NCBI GenBank assembly: GCA_041660065.1
Contig: JBAZXC010000001.1
Location: forward strand, 8,535-72,534
Length of the DNA stretch: 64,000 bases
Direction of reading: 5' to 3'
From: Parcubacteria group bacterium
GTDB taxonomy: Bacteria; Patescibacteriota; Minisyncoccia; Moranbacterales; GCA-2747515
Positions 28,253 to 38,435 of this stretch are shown here, piece after piece. Made by a program: the position numbers and the translations under genes. Position 1 is the stretch's first letter. Every line of letters begins with the position of its first letter. The notes under the pieces are model-generated. The model saw only the letters and a list, made by a program, of their open reading frames with translations, ran no database searches and was not told where the DNA came from.

Positions 28253-29044
28253 ATGCATAAAGCACTAAAACAACACGAAAACTATAGGGAGTTGATCTGG
28301 ATGCTTGCCAAGACGGATTTCAAATTGCGTTATCAGGGATCAATGTTGGGGTATCTTTGGGCGTTATTAAAGCCGCTCCTCACTTTTGCAGTGTTGAATT
28401 TTGTTTTTTCTGCCGTGTTTAATCCGCGCAACGCAACGGGCGTGGATACATATTCTCTAGAATTACTTGTGGGACTTATGATGTTTTATTTTTTCTCTGA
28501 GGGAACAAGCGCAGGTCTTAGCTCGCTTGTGGCAAAATCACAATTGGTGACAAAAATTTATGTGCCACGATGGACGATCATTCTTGCGTCCACGATCAAT
28601 GCAACGATGATCTTTGCGATGAATTTATTGGTGATCGTCTTTTTCTTTACATTAAAGGGATTTATGCCGAGCATTGGTTCAATAGCATTATTTCTGGTCT
28701 TTGCAGTGTTTATCTATATCATTGTCTTATCATTTTCTCTGATTACGGCACCGCTCTACGTGAAATTTCGGGATCTCTCCATGATCTGGGAGGTGCTTCT
28801 CATGATCATCATGTATGCATCGCCGATCATTTATCCGCTTGTGACACTGCCGGCGCAATATCATCCATACATCCTCCTCAATCCACTGGCGTTTATCATT
28901 CATTTTACCAAAGAGTCGTTGATCCATGGACATTATGCCGATCCATATCAGTATATGATTTTTATTTTCATTGTTGCCGGAGGATTTGTGTTGAGTATTT
29001 TTTCATACAATAAATTTATTACAAATGTTGCGGAGGAGATGTAG
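28253..29044 (+). CDS. wzm: ABC-2 polysaccharide exporter permease
   Basis: DFKLRYQGS.LGYLW.LL.P, FRDL, Y.SPIIYP, LNPL. Confidence 0.9.
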   Translation: MHKALKQHENYRELIWMLAKTDFKLRYQGSMLGYLWALLKPLLTFAVLNFVFSAVFNPRNATGVDTYSLELLVGLMMFYFFSEGTSAGLSSLVAKSQLVTKIYVPRWTIILASTINATMIFAMNLLVIVFFFTLKGFMPSIGSIALFLVFAVFIYIIVLSFSLITAPLYVKFRDLSMIWEVLLMIIMYASPIIYPLVTLPAQYHPYILLNPLAFIIHFTKESLIHGHYADPYQYMIFIFIVAGGFVLSIFSYNKFITNVAEEM

Positions 29045-29048
29045 AGAT

Positions 29049-29170
29049 CAATTAAAAAATTAACGGGTTAACGATTTTACGAATTGGGGGAATTAAGAAC
29101 TCCCCCTTTTGCAAAGGGGGTTGGGGGGATTGAGAACTCCCCCTTTTACAAAGGGGGTTGGGGGGATTTT
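29049..29170. repeat. TTAACG-type 8-mer repeats followed by two CCCCCTTTT..AAAGGGGG hairpins
   Basis: Seen directly; gene-less copies of two repeat families. Confidence 0.7.
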
Positions 29171-29256
29171 TGATAATATTCAGAAAATCGTTTCATCATT
29201 GAAAAATTAGGATTTGATTCGAAATTTAAAATTCCTAATTCAAAATTAAATTTCTT

Positions 29257-30402
29257 ATGAAAATATTGATCACAAACAATGCATTGGCATCTCGATCGGG
29301 CAGTGAGCTGTATGTGCAGGAGCTTGCACAGCAGCTCGTTTTGCGTGGGCATGATGTTGCGGCGTTTAGCACGCAAGTTGGCGATTTGGCGCAGGTAATG
29401 ATGGCACAAGGTGTCGTGGTAGTGGACGATCTCGCCAAAATGCCATGGATGCCGGACATTATCCATGTGCAACATCATCTGGAGACGATGATCGCTTTGG
29501 CATATTTTCCACAAACGCCGGCAATCTATGTGTGCCATGGATGGAGACCGTGGCAGGAGACGCCACCATTGCATCCGCGGATCAGAGCGTATTTTGCCGT
29601 TGATATGAAGACACGTGACAAAGCGATCAATGAACATCATATTCCTGCTACACAGATCGAATTATTACATAACTTTGTTGATCTGGATCGTTTCGTTTTG
29701 TGTAGTCCATTGTCTGCAAAACCACGCAAAGCGCTTGTTTTTAGTAACTATGCATCCCAGGGAAAAATGCTTTTCTATATCCGTCATGCATGCAAAAAAG
29801 CAGGAATGTCATTGGATGTGATTGGCAGGTCATCCGGAAATCTTGCGGATAAGCCGGAGGAAATTCTCGGTAATTATGACATCGTTTTTGCTGCCGGTCG
29901 CAGTGCGCTTGAGGCAATGGCATCTGGAGCATCTGTGATCGTGTGTGGCGTATGGGGCATGGGTCCGCTGGTGACGCGTGATAATGTAGAGCAATTTCGT
30001 GATCAGAATTTTGGGTCCATGACAATAAATCACTCTGATTTAAGCATAGACACAATTTATCGTGAGATTTGCCATTATGATGCCAAGGATGCGGCGTTGG
30101 TCACACAATATTTGCGAGAGAGGATTGGAATCGATCAGACAGTTGACCGGCTGGAAAAGATCTACGAACACACGATAGAAGCATTTGAAAGTGTGCAATA
30201 TGATCCGTCAGAAGAGCATTTTGCGTATGCACAGTATATAAGGAATGTCGCAATATTTCTCAAAAAACGAGACGAACAATTGAATGAAATACATGACAGC
30301 ATTCAACAAAGAGAACAAAAAATGAAAGGGATACACAAATTGATCTTTTGGAAATGGTGTTGTGGTTGTGCGTGGTTAAAACGTAAAATATGTAAAATCT
30401 GA
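29257..30402 (+). CDS. Glycosyltransferase (GT4-like)
   Basis: MKILITN, GSELY...LA..L..RGHDV, GRSALEAMA.G. Confidence 0.8.
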   Translation: MKILITNNALASRSGSELYVQELAQQLVLRGHDVAAFSTQVGDLAQVMMAQGVVVVDDLAKMPWMPDIIHVQHHLETMIALAYFPQTPAIYVCHGWRPWQETPPLHPRIRAYFAVDMKTRDKAINEHHIPATQIELLHNFVDLDRFVLCSPLSAKPRKALVFSNYASQGKMLFYIRHACKKAGMSLDVIGRSSGNLADKPEEILGNYDIVFAAGRSALEAMASGASVIVCGVWGMGPLVTRDNVEQFRDQNFGSMTINHSDLSIDTIYREICHYDAKDAALVTQYLRERIGIDQTVDRLEKIYEHTIEAFESVQYDPSEEHFAYAQYIRNVAIFLKKRDEQLNEIHDSIQQREQKMKGIHKLIFWKWCCGCAWLKRKICKI

Positions 30403-30405
30403 TTT

Positions 30406-31263
30406 ATGATGCCAAAAATAAGTATCATCATGCCGACATATAATCGCAAGTATTGTATCAAAAATGCGATTGATTCTCTTTTGGCGCAAACATATCAAGG
30501 TTTTGAACTTATTGTTGTTGATGATGGATCACGAGATGGAACAGACAGTTATGTGAAGAGTCTGTATAGTGATGAAGTAAAGAATGGAAAAATTAGATAT
30601 ATCAAATTACCTGAAAATAGAGGACAGTCATTTGCCAAAAATGAAGGTCTGAAGAAAGCGCAATATGATTGGATTGGCTATCTCGATACTGACAACAGGA
30701 TGCATCCGGATTTCTTGGAGATATTTATGGAGAGTATAGATCGATATCCGGATCGTCAAGTATTTTATGCGCAACACAGAAGAGTATATAGCAAATGTGT
30801 TGTTGGCTCACCATTTAATTTGGACCTATTAGTATCGGGAAATTATATTGATATGGGAGTATTTGTGCATTCCAAAACAGTGTATCACGATCTGGGAGGT
30901 TTTGATTTCTCTTTGCATTGCCTCGATGATTGGGATTTGATCATTCTTTATACGGAAAAATATCATCCGGTATTTATTGAAAAGGTTTTACTAGATTATT
31001 CTGATGATCCTAAAGCTTTACGAGCAACATCGATAGGAAATCATAAAAATGAATATAAAAAAATCATTCTCAAATATTATCAGCGGATCCCAGAGGCGGA
31101 TTTCATGAGTCGATATCAAAATTTGTTTGTAAAATATACTACAAAAGACAATACGACTAATGATTTGATTGAGACTATTTCTCATATGAAATCATCGAAA
31201 TTTTGGAAGTTGCGGGAAAGATATATGTCTTTCAAAAAAATGCTCAAAAAACGATTCATTTGA
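30406..31263 (+). CDS. Glycosyltransferase family 2
   Basis: ISIIMPTYNR, VVDDGS.D, YLDTD, DDWDL. Confidence 0.92.
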   Translation: MMPKISIIMPTYNRKYCIKNAIDSLLAQTYQGFELIVVDDGSRDGTDSYVKSLYSDEVKNGKIRYIKLPENRGQSFAKNEGLKKAQYDWIGYLDTDNRMHPDFLEIFMESIDRYPDRQVFYAQHRRVYSKCVVGSPFNLDLLVSGNYIDMGVFVHSKTVYHDLGGFDFSLHCLDDWDLIILYTEKYHPVFIEKVLLDYSDDPKALRATSIGNHKNEYKKIILKYYQRIPEADFMSRYQNLFVKYTTKDNTTNDLIETISHMKSSKFWKLRERYMSFKKMLKKRFI

Positions 31264-31375
31264 GAAATATTAGTGGATTATTAAGGAAAATCACATAAAA
31301 TGAAGGCACATCTGGGAAATTATGGGAAAATGGTATACAATTCACTAATGGATAAAATAGTGCTATCGCTGCGTA

Positions 31376-31486
31376 TCTCTCCCTTTTGCAAAGGGAGCTG
31401 CCTGCCCGCAGTGCTTTTGCACATGCCGTGCGGGCGGGGAGGGATTGGGAACTCTCCCTTTTACAAAGGGAGTTGGAGGGATTTTA
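31376..31486. repeat. Two hairpin units, the first carrying a 38-bp CCTGCCCG...GGGCGGG insert
   Basis: Same unit and same insertion point as 27380-27480. Confidence 0.8.
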
Positions 31487-31519
31487 AAATCATTTATACT
31501 CGTTAAGAAACTACAACAT

Positions 31520-32353
31520 ATGTCAGATATTGCCATTAAAGTTAAAGATATTTCCAAAACCTTTCGTATTCCGCACGAAAAGATCACATCTCTTCGCGGT
31601 GCGGCGATTTCCGCATTCAAAAAAAAGACCTACGAAGAATTTAAGGCGTTGGATGGTGTTTCTTTTGAGGTGAAAAAAGGAGAATTTTTTGGCATTATTG
31701 GCAGAAATGGCAGTGGCAAATCAACTTTTCTCAAGATTCTTGCGAGTATTTATAAGCCGGACAAAGGAAAATTAAAAATAGATGGCATGATCTCGCCATT
31801 TCTTGAATTGGGCATAGGATTTAATCCAGAGTTATCAGGAAGGGATAATGTCTATCTCAATGCCACGGTTCTCGGCATGACCAAAAAACAGATCGATGAA
31901 AAATTTGATGATATTATCAAATTTTCTGAGCTGGAGCGATTTGTTGATCAAAAACTCAAAAATTACTCCTCTGGCATGAGTGTACGCTTGGCATTTTCTG
32001 TATCGATCCACGCAAATAGAGATATCCTCCTCATGGATGAAGTATTGGCTGTGGGAGATGCAAATTTTCAGAAAAAATGTATCGATATATTTAAAGATTA
32101 TCACGCGAAAGGAAAGACGGTTATTTTGGTTACGCATGACATTAGTTCAGTGCGAAGATATTGCAGTCGAGCACTTCTTCTTCATGATGGAAAAATCGTG
32201 AAGATCGGTGATGTGAATGATGTGTGTGATGCATATATCATAAAAAATGTGACAGCTGATGCAAGAAAGGAATTATTGGAAAATGAAAAAATGCAAAAAA
32301 TTGAGGATGAGCGAGAAGCAGAATTGAGTTCTAAGAATAAAAAACAATCTTAA
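31520..32353 (+). CDS. wzt: ABC polysaccharide exporter ATP-binding subunit
   Basis: GRNGSGKST, YSSGM..RLAF, LLMDEVLAVGD..FQ.K. Confidence 0.92.
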   Translation: MSDIAIKVKDISKTFRIPHEKITSLRGAAISAFKKKTYEEFKALDGVSFEVKKGEFFGIIGRNGSGKSTFLKILASIYKPDKGKLKIDGMISPFLELGIGFNPELSGRDNVYLNATVLGMTKKQIDEKFDDIIKFSELERFVDQKLKNYSSGMSVRLAFSVSIHANRDILLMDEVLAVGDANFQKKCIDIFKDYHAKGKTVILVTHDISSVRRYCSRALLLHDGKIVKIGDVNDVCDAYIIKNVTADARKELLENEKMQKIEDEREAELSSKNKKQS

Positions 32354-32444
32354 AGAGCTGAGGAGCGTGTAGCGTTTATTCGTCCAAAGTAATTGGTTGG
32401 AGATTCTTTGTAATCGATCAATAAAATTAAAAATACTGTTGAAC

Positions 32445-33755
32445 ATGAATAAAAAAAATAATAACGGTTTGGTGATTTGGCTGACCGGGTTGCCATGTAG
32501 CGGAAAAACGACCTTGGCAAAAGAAATTGAAAAATACTTCATAAAAAGAGAAATGCCGGTTCAGCGATTGGATGGTGATGTTGTGCGAGAAACGATCAAT
32601 AAAGATCTCAGCTATAACAAAGCGGATCGGGACAAAAATATTGAGAGAGTGGCACATGCGATACAAAAAATTTCTGACGATGGGATCAACGTTGTATCGG
32701 CTTTTGTGTCGCCGTATCAGAGGATGCGAGACTTCACGCGTTCTTTGTGCAAAAATTACGTTGAAATATATGTAAAGTGCAGTATAGAAGAATGTATGAG
32801 GCGGGACACGAAAGGTATGTATAAAAAAGCGATCAACGGAGAAATTAAAGATTTCACAGGGGTGCAGGATCCTTTCGAAATTCCACAAAATCCTGATATT
32901 GTGGTCGATACTGAGAATGAAACAGTGGAAGAGAATTTTAAAAAAATTATTGAATATATAGAAAAAACATCTGTCATTGATGTTGATGAAGTTATAAAAA
33001 TTGTGAGAGACGCCGGTGCTATAGTGATGCGTTTTTATGATGTGGAGTATTCTATAGAAGAAAAAGAAAATAAATCACCGGTCACAGATGCGGATATGGC
33101 CAGTCATGATTTTCTTGTGAAAAAATTATCTAAATATGGATATCCTGTTCTTAGTGAAGAAGGTGATCATAATTTTATGCAAAGAAAAAACTCCAAGTAT
33201 GTGTGGATCATTGATCCGCTTGATGGCACAATGGAATTTATCAAAAAAACGAAAGAATTCTCTCTCATGATCGGCTTGGCAGATAAAGAAGGGGAGTCAA
33301 TTTTTGGCATAGTATATGCTCCGGCTCTGGATGAACTATATTTTGCTCAGAAGGGCGGGGGAGCATATATGACCAAAAATGACCAAAAAGTAAAATTGCA
33401 TGTCAGTGATAAGGGAATAAAAAACGGTAAGATTTTGGTCAGCAGAAATCATTTGGGAGAATTTGAGCAAAAATTTGCTCGGAAAAATAACATGCAGCAA
33501 GTCCCGATGGGTTCAGCAGGATTAAAGATATGCCGTATTGCCAGAGGTGATGCCGAGTTGTATATCAACTCAAGTGATAAAAGTGGTATGTGGGATATTT
33601 GTGCAGCTGATGTTATTTTAAAGGAGGCGGGAGGTAAGTTAACTGATATGAATGAGAAAAAGATCTTTCACAATGTAGAGAATGTTTTTTTGATGGAGGG
33701 ATATGTCGTTTCAAATAATTGTTTCGATATTCATAATAAATTGTCTGATGAATGA
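32445..33755 (+). CDS. Fusion of adenylyl-sulfate kinase (CysC) and PAP phosphatase (CysQ, inositol monophosphatase family)
   Basis: WLTGLPCSGKTT, LDGD..R, FVSPY, FTGV.DP.E.P; then SPVTDAD, LSEE, WIIDPLDGT.EF, WD..A. Confidence 0.9.
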   Translation: MNKKNNNGLVIWLTGLPCSGKTTLAKEIEKYFIKREMPVQRLDGDVVRETINKDLSYNKADRDKNIERVAHAIQKISDDGINVVSAFVSPYQRMRDFTRSLCKNYVEIYVKCSIEECMRRDTKGMYKKAINGEIKDFTGVQDPFEIPQNPDIVVDTENETVEENFKKIIEYIEKTSVIDVDEVIKIVRDAGAIVMRFYDVEYSIEEKENKSPVTDADMASHDFLVKKLSKYGYPVLSEEGDHNFMQRKNSKYVWIIDPLDGTMEFIKKTKEFSLMIGLADKEGESIFGIVYAPALDELYFAQKGGGAYMTKNDQKVKLHVSDKGIKNGKILVSRNHLGEFEQKFARKNNMQQVPMGSAGLKICRIARGDAELYINSSDKSGMWDICAADVILKEAGGKLTDMNEKKIFHNVENVFLMEGYVVSNNCFDIHNKLSDE

Positions 33756-34692
33756 TAAAAAAGTAATATGTGTGTTAGGGATGCATAGAAGCGGAACGTC
33801 AATGGTTACGCGCATTTTGAATATTTGTGGAGCATGTGTTGGTCCTGAGGAGGAGCTTTTGGGATCTGGAGATGGTAATGATTGCGGGCATTGGGAAAAT
33901 CGTGAGATTTTAAAGATCAATGACGACATTCTAAGTATTTTTGGCGGCGCATGGAATGATCCTCCAAATTTTCCGTATAATTGGGAGGAGGATCCTCGTC
34001 TCGATCATCTTTATGAAGAAGCCAATATATTTGTGAAAAAGATGAATGCGATGGATAAAATATGGGCTTTTAAAGATCCACGCACCTGTTTGACACTTCC
34101 TTTTTGGAAAAAAATTATTCCCCATATGCTCTTTGTGATTCCTGTGCGAGACTCTATGGAGGTGGCAATGTCTCTAAGTAAAAGAGATAAATCCTCAATT
34201 GAAAGCGGTCTTTTCTTGTGGAAAAAATATTGGATGAGTATTTTGAAAAATACAAAAGGCGAAAATAGAATTTTTACAATTCAAAAGAACTACTTTGCTG
34301 ATTGGAAAAAAGAACTTCAAAATGTTATAGATTTTATTGATTCCGTTGATATTGATATTATTGGAAACGAAAAGGAAATTAAAAATTTTATTTCCCCAAA
34401 GTTAAACAACAATAAGATTGTGGTAAGTAACATTCCCGATGAATTAAATGGTGAAAATATAACAAAGTACATATTGGATGAGGTTAGTGATATCTTTGAC
34501 AAAATTGATGGTAAGATATTTTCCGAAATTCAAGAAAAAGGCCAAAAAATAACGGATTTATCCAATGAAATAGAAACCATGAAAGCATCAAAATTTTGGA
34601 AATTACGTGATCAATATATGCGTATAAAAAATAGTGTAAAATTCGCGCTACTTTCTTTTAGAAAATTTATTAAGAAATATTTAAAGATTTGA
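33748..34692 (+). CDS. Sulfotransferase family protein
   Basis: VLGMHRSGTS 5'-PSB motif, WE...I..IND, FKDPR, R...EVA.SL..R. Confidence 0.85.
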   Translation: MNDKKVICVLGMHRSGTSMVTRILNICGACVGPEEELLGSGDGNDCGHWENREILKINDDILSIFGGAWNDPPNFPYNWEEDPRLDHLYEEANIFVKKMNAMDKIWAFKDPRTCLTLPFWKKIIPHMLFVIPVRDSMEVAMSLSKRDKSSIESGLFLWKKYWMSILKNTKGENRIFTIQKNYFADWKKELQNVIDFIDSVDIDIIGNEKEIKNFISPKLNNNKIVVSNIPDELNGENITKYILDEVSDIFDKIDGKIFSEIQEKGQKITDLSNEIETMKASKFWKLRDQYMRIKNSVKFALLSFRKFIKKYLKI

Positions 34693-34694
34693 TC

Positions 34695-36755
34695 ATGTCA
34701 AGAGTTATTGTATCTATTCCACTATATAAAGACACAATGAGTGAGTTCGAAAGGATCTCACTGGTTCAATGTTGCAAGATCTTGCATGAGCACGATTTTT
34801 CTCTTGTTTGTCCACATGATCTAAGTATTGGGGCATACACAAGCATACTGGATTCTTACAGTATTGTTTATAAGATTGGAAGATTTTCCAATGAATATTT
34901 TGAAAGTGTGGGGAAATACAATCGCTTGATGATGGATAGTGATTTTTATAAAAAGTATACAGACTACGATTTTATGCTTGTGTATCAGCTAGACGCGTAT
35001 GTTTTTAGAGATGAACTCGCATATTGGTGTAAAAAGAATTTTGATTATATTGGTGCGCCGTGGTTTGAAGGATTCAGCCTGAGCAATGACAAGTCCAGAT
35101 TATTGGATGTGGCAGGAAATGGTGGTTTTTCTTTGAGGAAAGTTAGAAGTTTTATCAATATTCTCAATCATGAGAATGATGTGGAGATGATCATAAAACA
35201 ATATATGGATGGCAGCCAAAATGAAGATGTATTTTTTAGCAGATATGCAAGGGAGATTGATAAAAAGTTTAAAGTTGCTCCTCCGCATGACGCGATGTTT
35301 TTTTCGTTTGAATGTCAGCCACGCAGATTATATAAAATGATGAAAAATAAATTGCCATTTGGGTGTCATGGGTGGGAAAGATATGATTTTGATTTTTGGG
35401 AAAAATATATTGATTTGATGGGTGTAGACTTTAAAAGGGAAAATAAATTGAATTTGAAAAAATTATCAAAAATGCGCAGTGCCTTGGATTGTAAAGTTGG
35501 TGAATATGAAAGCGTGTATCATAGGATGATTACTGCTGAGAAAGAACTGCGTAGTATAAAAGAGGAGGGCGTCCCTTTAAAAGACGATCTAAAGAAGATA
35601 AAAAATGACTTCAACCAGAAGTTCGCGATGGAGGCACAGAAAGTCAATAAAGTTCTTTTTCCAAATGGAACCTTGAGAAAAAAAGTTGTAATTTTTTTTA
35701 TATATAGAATGAAAGGATTTTTGTGGTCAATATTAAAATTCAAGACCTCTATGCCTTTGAAATCAGATAATGATATACATAGCAATACATTTTTACATGA
35801 GAATCCATTGGTAACGGTAGTTACAATCACTTTCAATCTCATGCAAGCCGGCCGAGAGAAATATTTTCGTCAATGTGTCAAATCAGTTCATGATCAGACA
35901 TATAAAAACATTGAACATATCATTATCGATGGTGCATCAAAAGATGGAACAGTTGAATTGATTAGAGAATTTGCTGATAAGGGGTGGGTTAAATATGTAT
36001 CAGAGCCTGATAATGGAATATATGATGCGATGAATAAGGGCATTTTGCTTGCCAAAGGTAAATATGTGGTATTCTTAAATTCTGATGATTATTGGCATGG
36101 GATAGACGGGGTTATGGAGTCGGTAAAGATATTGGAGGAGAATGGAGCGGATTTTTCTTATGCTCCGGCCAGAATAGAAAAAGAAAACGGGCGTCCGTAT
36201 AAGGGTAATCATCCATATCGCATGCCTAAAATTTCACACGTTTTTTTCTCAATGCCGTTTTGTCATCAAACCATGTTCACCAAGAAGGATATTTTATTGA
36301 AAGAAGCGCTATTCGATACGCGCTTCAGAAGTGCAGGTGATTATGACTTGATTCTAAGAATTTGCCTCAAAGGGTATAAAAGTATTTTGGTGGATAATGA
36401 GTTTACAACATTTCGATTGGGTGGATTTTCAGGAACTAATGCACAGGAAGGATTGAATGAAGTTTCTAATTCTTACTTTAATCATTTAAACAGACTAGTG
36501 AAAATATCAGAAGAAGATTGTGAAAAAATATTTGGAAATTATTTTAGCGGGATACCAAAAGAGTTGGCTCAAGAGTTAAAAAAATATGAACCCTATTTTG
36601 ACTTCAGAGAATATGAAAATAGTTTTAAGATGAGAAATAGGATAAAGCGGATGATAAAAATCTTATCAAACAAAATGTGCTTTACTATTTTTTCTCCCAG
36701 AAAATTTGTAAAGAAATATGTAATAAAGTTAAGAAAACGAAATGAAAAAAACTAA
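34695..36755 (+). CDS. DUF5672-like domain, coiled coil and GT2 fusion
   Basis: YQLDA.VF, DYIGAPW, GNGGFSLR, NED.FF, PFGCH.W; then EHIIIDGAS.DGT, D.GIYDAMNKG, FLNSDD. Confidence 0.85.
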   Translation: MSRVIVSIPLYKDTMSEFERISLVQCCKILHEHDFSLVCPHDLSIGAYTSILDSYSIVYKIGRFSNEYFESVGKYNRLMMDSDFYKKYTDYDFMLVYQLDAYVFRDELAYWCKKNFDYIGAPWFEGFSLSNDKSRLLDVAGNGGFSLRKVRSFINILNHENDVEMIIKQYMDGSQNEDVFFSRYAREIDKKFKVAPPHDAMFFSFECQPRRLYKMMKNKLPFGCHGWERYDFDFWEKYIDLMGVDFKRENKLNLKKLSKMRSALDCKVGEYESVYHRMITAEKELRSIKEEGVPLKDDLKKIKNDFNQKFAMEAQKVNKVLFPNGTLRKKVVIFFIYRMKGFLWSILKFKTSMPLKSDNDIHSNTFLHENPLVTVVTITFNLMQAGREKYFRQCVKSVHDQTYKNIEHIIIDGASKDGTVELIREFADKGWVKYVSEPDNGIYDAMNKGILLAKGKYVVFLNSDDYWHGIDGVMESVKILEENGADFSYAPARIEKENGRPYKGNHPYRMPKISHVFFSMPFCHQTMFTKKDILLKEALFDTRFRSAGDYDLILRICLKGYKSILVDNEFTTFRLGGFSGTNAQEGLNEVSNSYFNHLNRLVKISEEDCEKIFGNYFSGIPKELAQELKKYEPYFDFREYENSFKMRNRIKRMIKILSNKMCFTIFSPRKFVKKYVIKLRKRNEKN

Positions 36756-38430
36756 TATGGTTGCGAACATTATTTATAAAAGAGTTCTCATTTGGTTGGT
36801 AGTAGCAATTCTTTTTTCTGTTATACAAATACAACACTCTCTCAATCGAGGGCAACTAAGTTTACCGCCCAGTTATGATGATGTTTCTTATTTTAACGAT
36901 GCCCTTGGTCGACTAAATATATTTTATGAGAAAGATTTTGGAGGTTTATTACTTGACTATGTGAAAAATCCACCCCATTCTCCTATAAGCACATTGTTAG
37001 CATTTGTTGGTTTTTTGATATTTGGAATACAGGATTGGGCGCCTGCCCTTATGAATTTTGTTGTTATTTTTGCAGTTTTGCTTTTTGTGGATTATTTGGG
37101 TACAGGATTGAATTATGGATGGAAAATTTTCGTTTCTTTATCAGGTCTTATATGGCTTCTCATGGGGCATGCGGTCATAGAATTCAGGCCAGATATATTT
37201 TGTGGAATAATAACAGCAATGGGTGTTATCTTGATCGCGGAAAAACCGTGGGTAAATATTTCTAATGTACGTCAAAAAATTATTGGTGCTCTGGTGGGAC
37301 TTGCTCTTCTTATCAAACCCGTTATTTTTCCCGTTACACTTTTATTGATTTTTGTAGCTATATGTTTGCGAATATTGACTGATAGATTTATTTTAAAAAT
37401 ACCAAGAGATCTAAAAAAACTATTATTAGATAGTAAAGTATTTGTGTTGTATGTCATATTTGTTTCAGCCCCCTATTTTATTTTTGGGTGGAAAGATACG
37501 ATTGAATACATATATCAAAATCAATTTGTCGACCTGGAAAAGGTGTGGGGAATGCATGCCCTTCCATTTATAGAGCGGATTAACTATTATGTGATGGGTG
37601 AGGGTGGTTCGATGATGATGAAAAACGATCTATACGTGTGGGTATGGCTCATTGTAGTTGCCTTCGTCATCATAGCTTACAAAAAAATGTGGAAAGAGAT
37701 GGTTCATTTGCCTGCTTTGGTGGGCACGATAACTGTTGCATATGCAATAGTAACTATTTCCAGTCATAAGAGTCCTTTTCTGGGAGTTGTTTTTCCTTGT
37801 TTTATTTTTTTTACAGGGATGCAAATGTTGATTTTTTCCATAAGAAACGTCGCTATTTTTAATGGTTTTTATAAAAAATGCTTGATAGTTTCCATCATAT
37901 TTTCTCTCTTGATCTCTTTGCGCTTTTTTGAGTGGCCGGCGTCCAATGATCTCGTTTCGCCAAATCCCAGATCAATTGCAGAAAGGAATTATTACAATGG
38001 ACTATTAGGTAGGATTTATGATGACATTACGGCTGATGTTCGTTTGCGTATACAAAATGATGATGAATCATCAAAAAAGAAAAAAAATAATAGTAAGAAG
38101 AAAATATATTTAAGCTCAATGGCTCATTGGGTACATGAGGGTAGTCTTAAATATTATCAATTCAAGTTGCGTGAAAAAAAATTCGTTATAGATACGGGAA
38201 CATTATCAGATGATCTGGATAAACAAATAAAAGATATAAACACTTCTGACTATATATTGGCCTTTGGTGTGCCTAGCTTGGACACGCCAAGTTGGCTTCC
38301 GAGTGCTAGAATAGAGGATCAAGTCTTGCGGTTTTTAAATGGTTCTCCAAAATTTGTGTTGGTCAATACATATACAAATCCCTATACAGGAGCAAAAATT
38401 TTCCTGTATGCTAATATTAATAATAATTAA
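36742..38430 (+). CDS. Polytopic GT-C-like membrane protein
   Basis: YDDVSY, PPHSP, EFRPD, LL.KP; many TM segments. Confidence 0.7.
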   Translation: MKKTNMVANIIYKRVLIWLVVAILFSVIQIQHSLNRGQLSLPPSYDDVSYFNDALGRLNIFYEKDFGGLLLDYVKNPPHSPISTLLAFVGFLIFGIQDWAPALMNFVVIFAVLLFVDYLGTGLNYGWKIFVSLSGLIWLLMGHAVIEFRPDIFCGIITAMGVILIAEKPWVNISNVRQKIIGALVGLALLIKPVIFPVTLLLIFVAICLRILTDRFILKIPRDLKKLLLDSKVFVLYVIFVSAPYFIFGWKDTIEYIYQNQFVDLEKVWGMHALPFIERINYYVMGEGGSMMMKNDLYVWVWLIVVAFVIIAYKKMWKEMVHLPALVGTITVAYAIVTISSHKSPFLGVVFPCFIFFTGMQMLIFSIRNVAIFNGFYKKCLIVSIIFSLLISLRFFEWPASNDLVSPNPRSIAERNYYNGLLGRIYDDITADVRLRIQNDDESSKKKKNNSKKKIYLSSMAHWVHEGSLKYYQFKLREKKFVIDTGTLSDDLDKQIKDINTSDYILAFGVPSLDTPSWLPSARIEDQVLRFLNGSPKFVLVNTYTNPYTGAKIFLYANINNN

Positions 38431-38435
38431 TAAAA

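Noticed and set aside
29195-29256. AT-rich quasi-repeat upstream of GT 29257 as a JUMPStart/ops element
   Set aside because: No GGCGGTAG ops core; too degenerate to call
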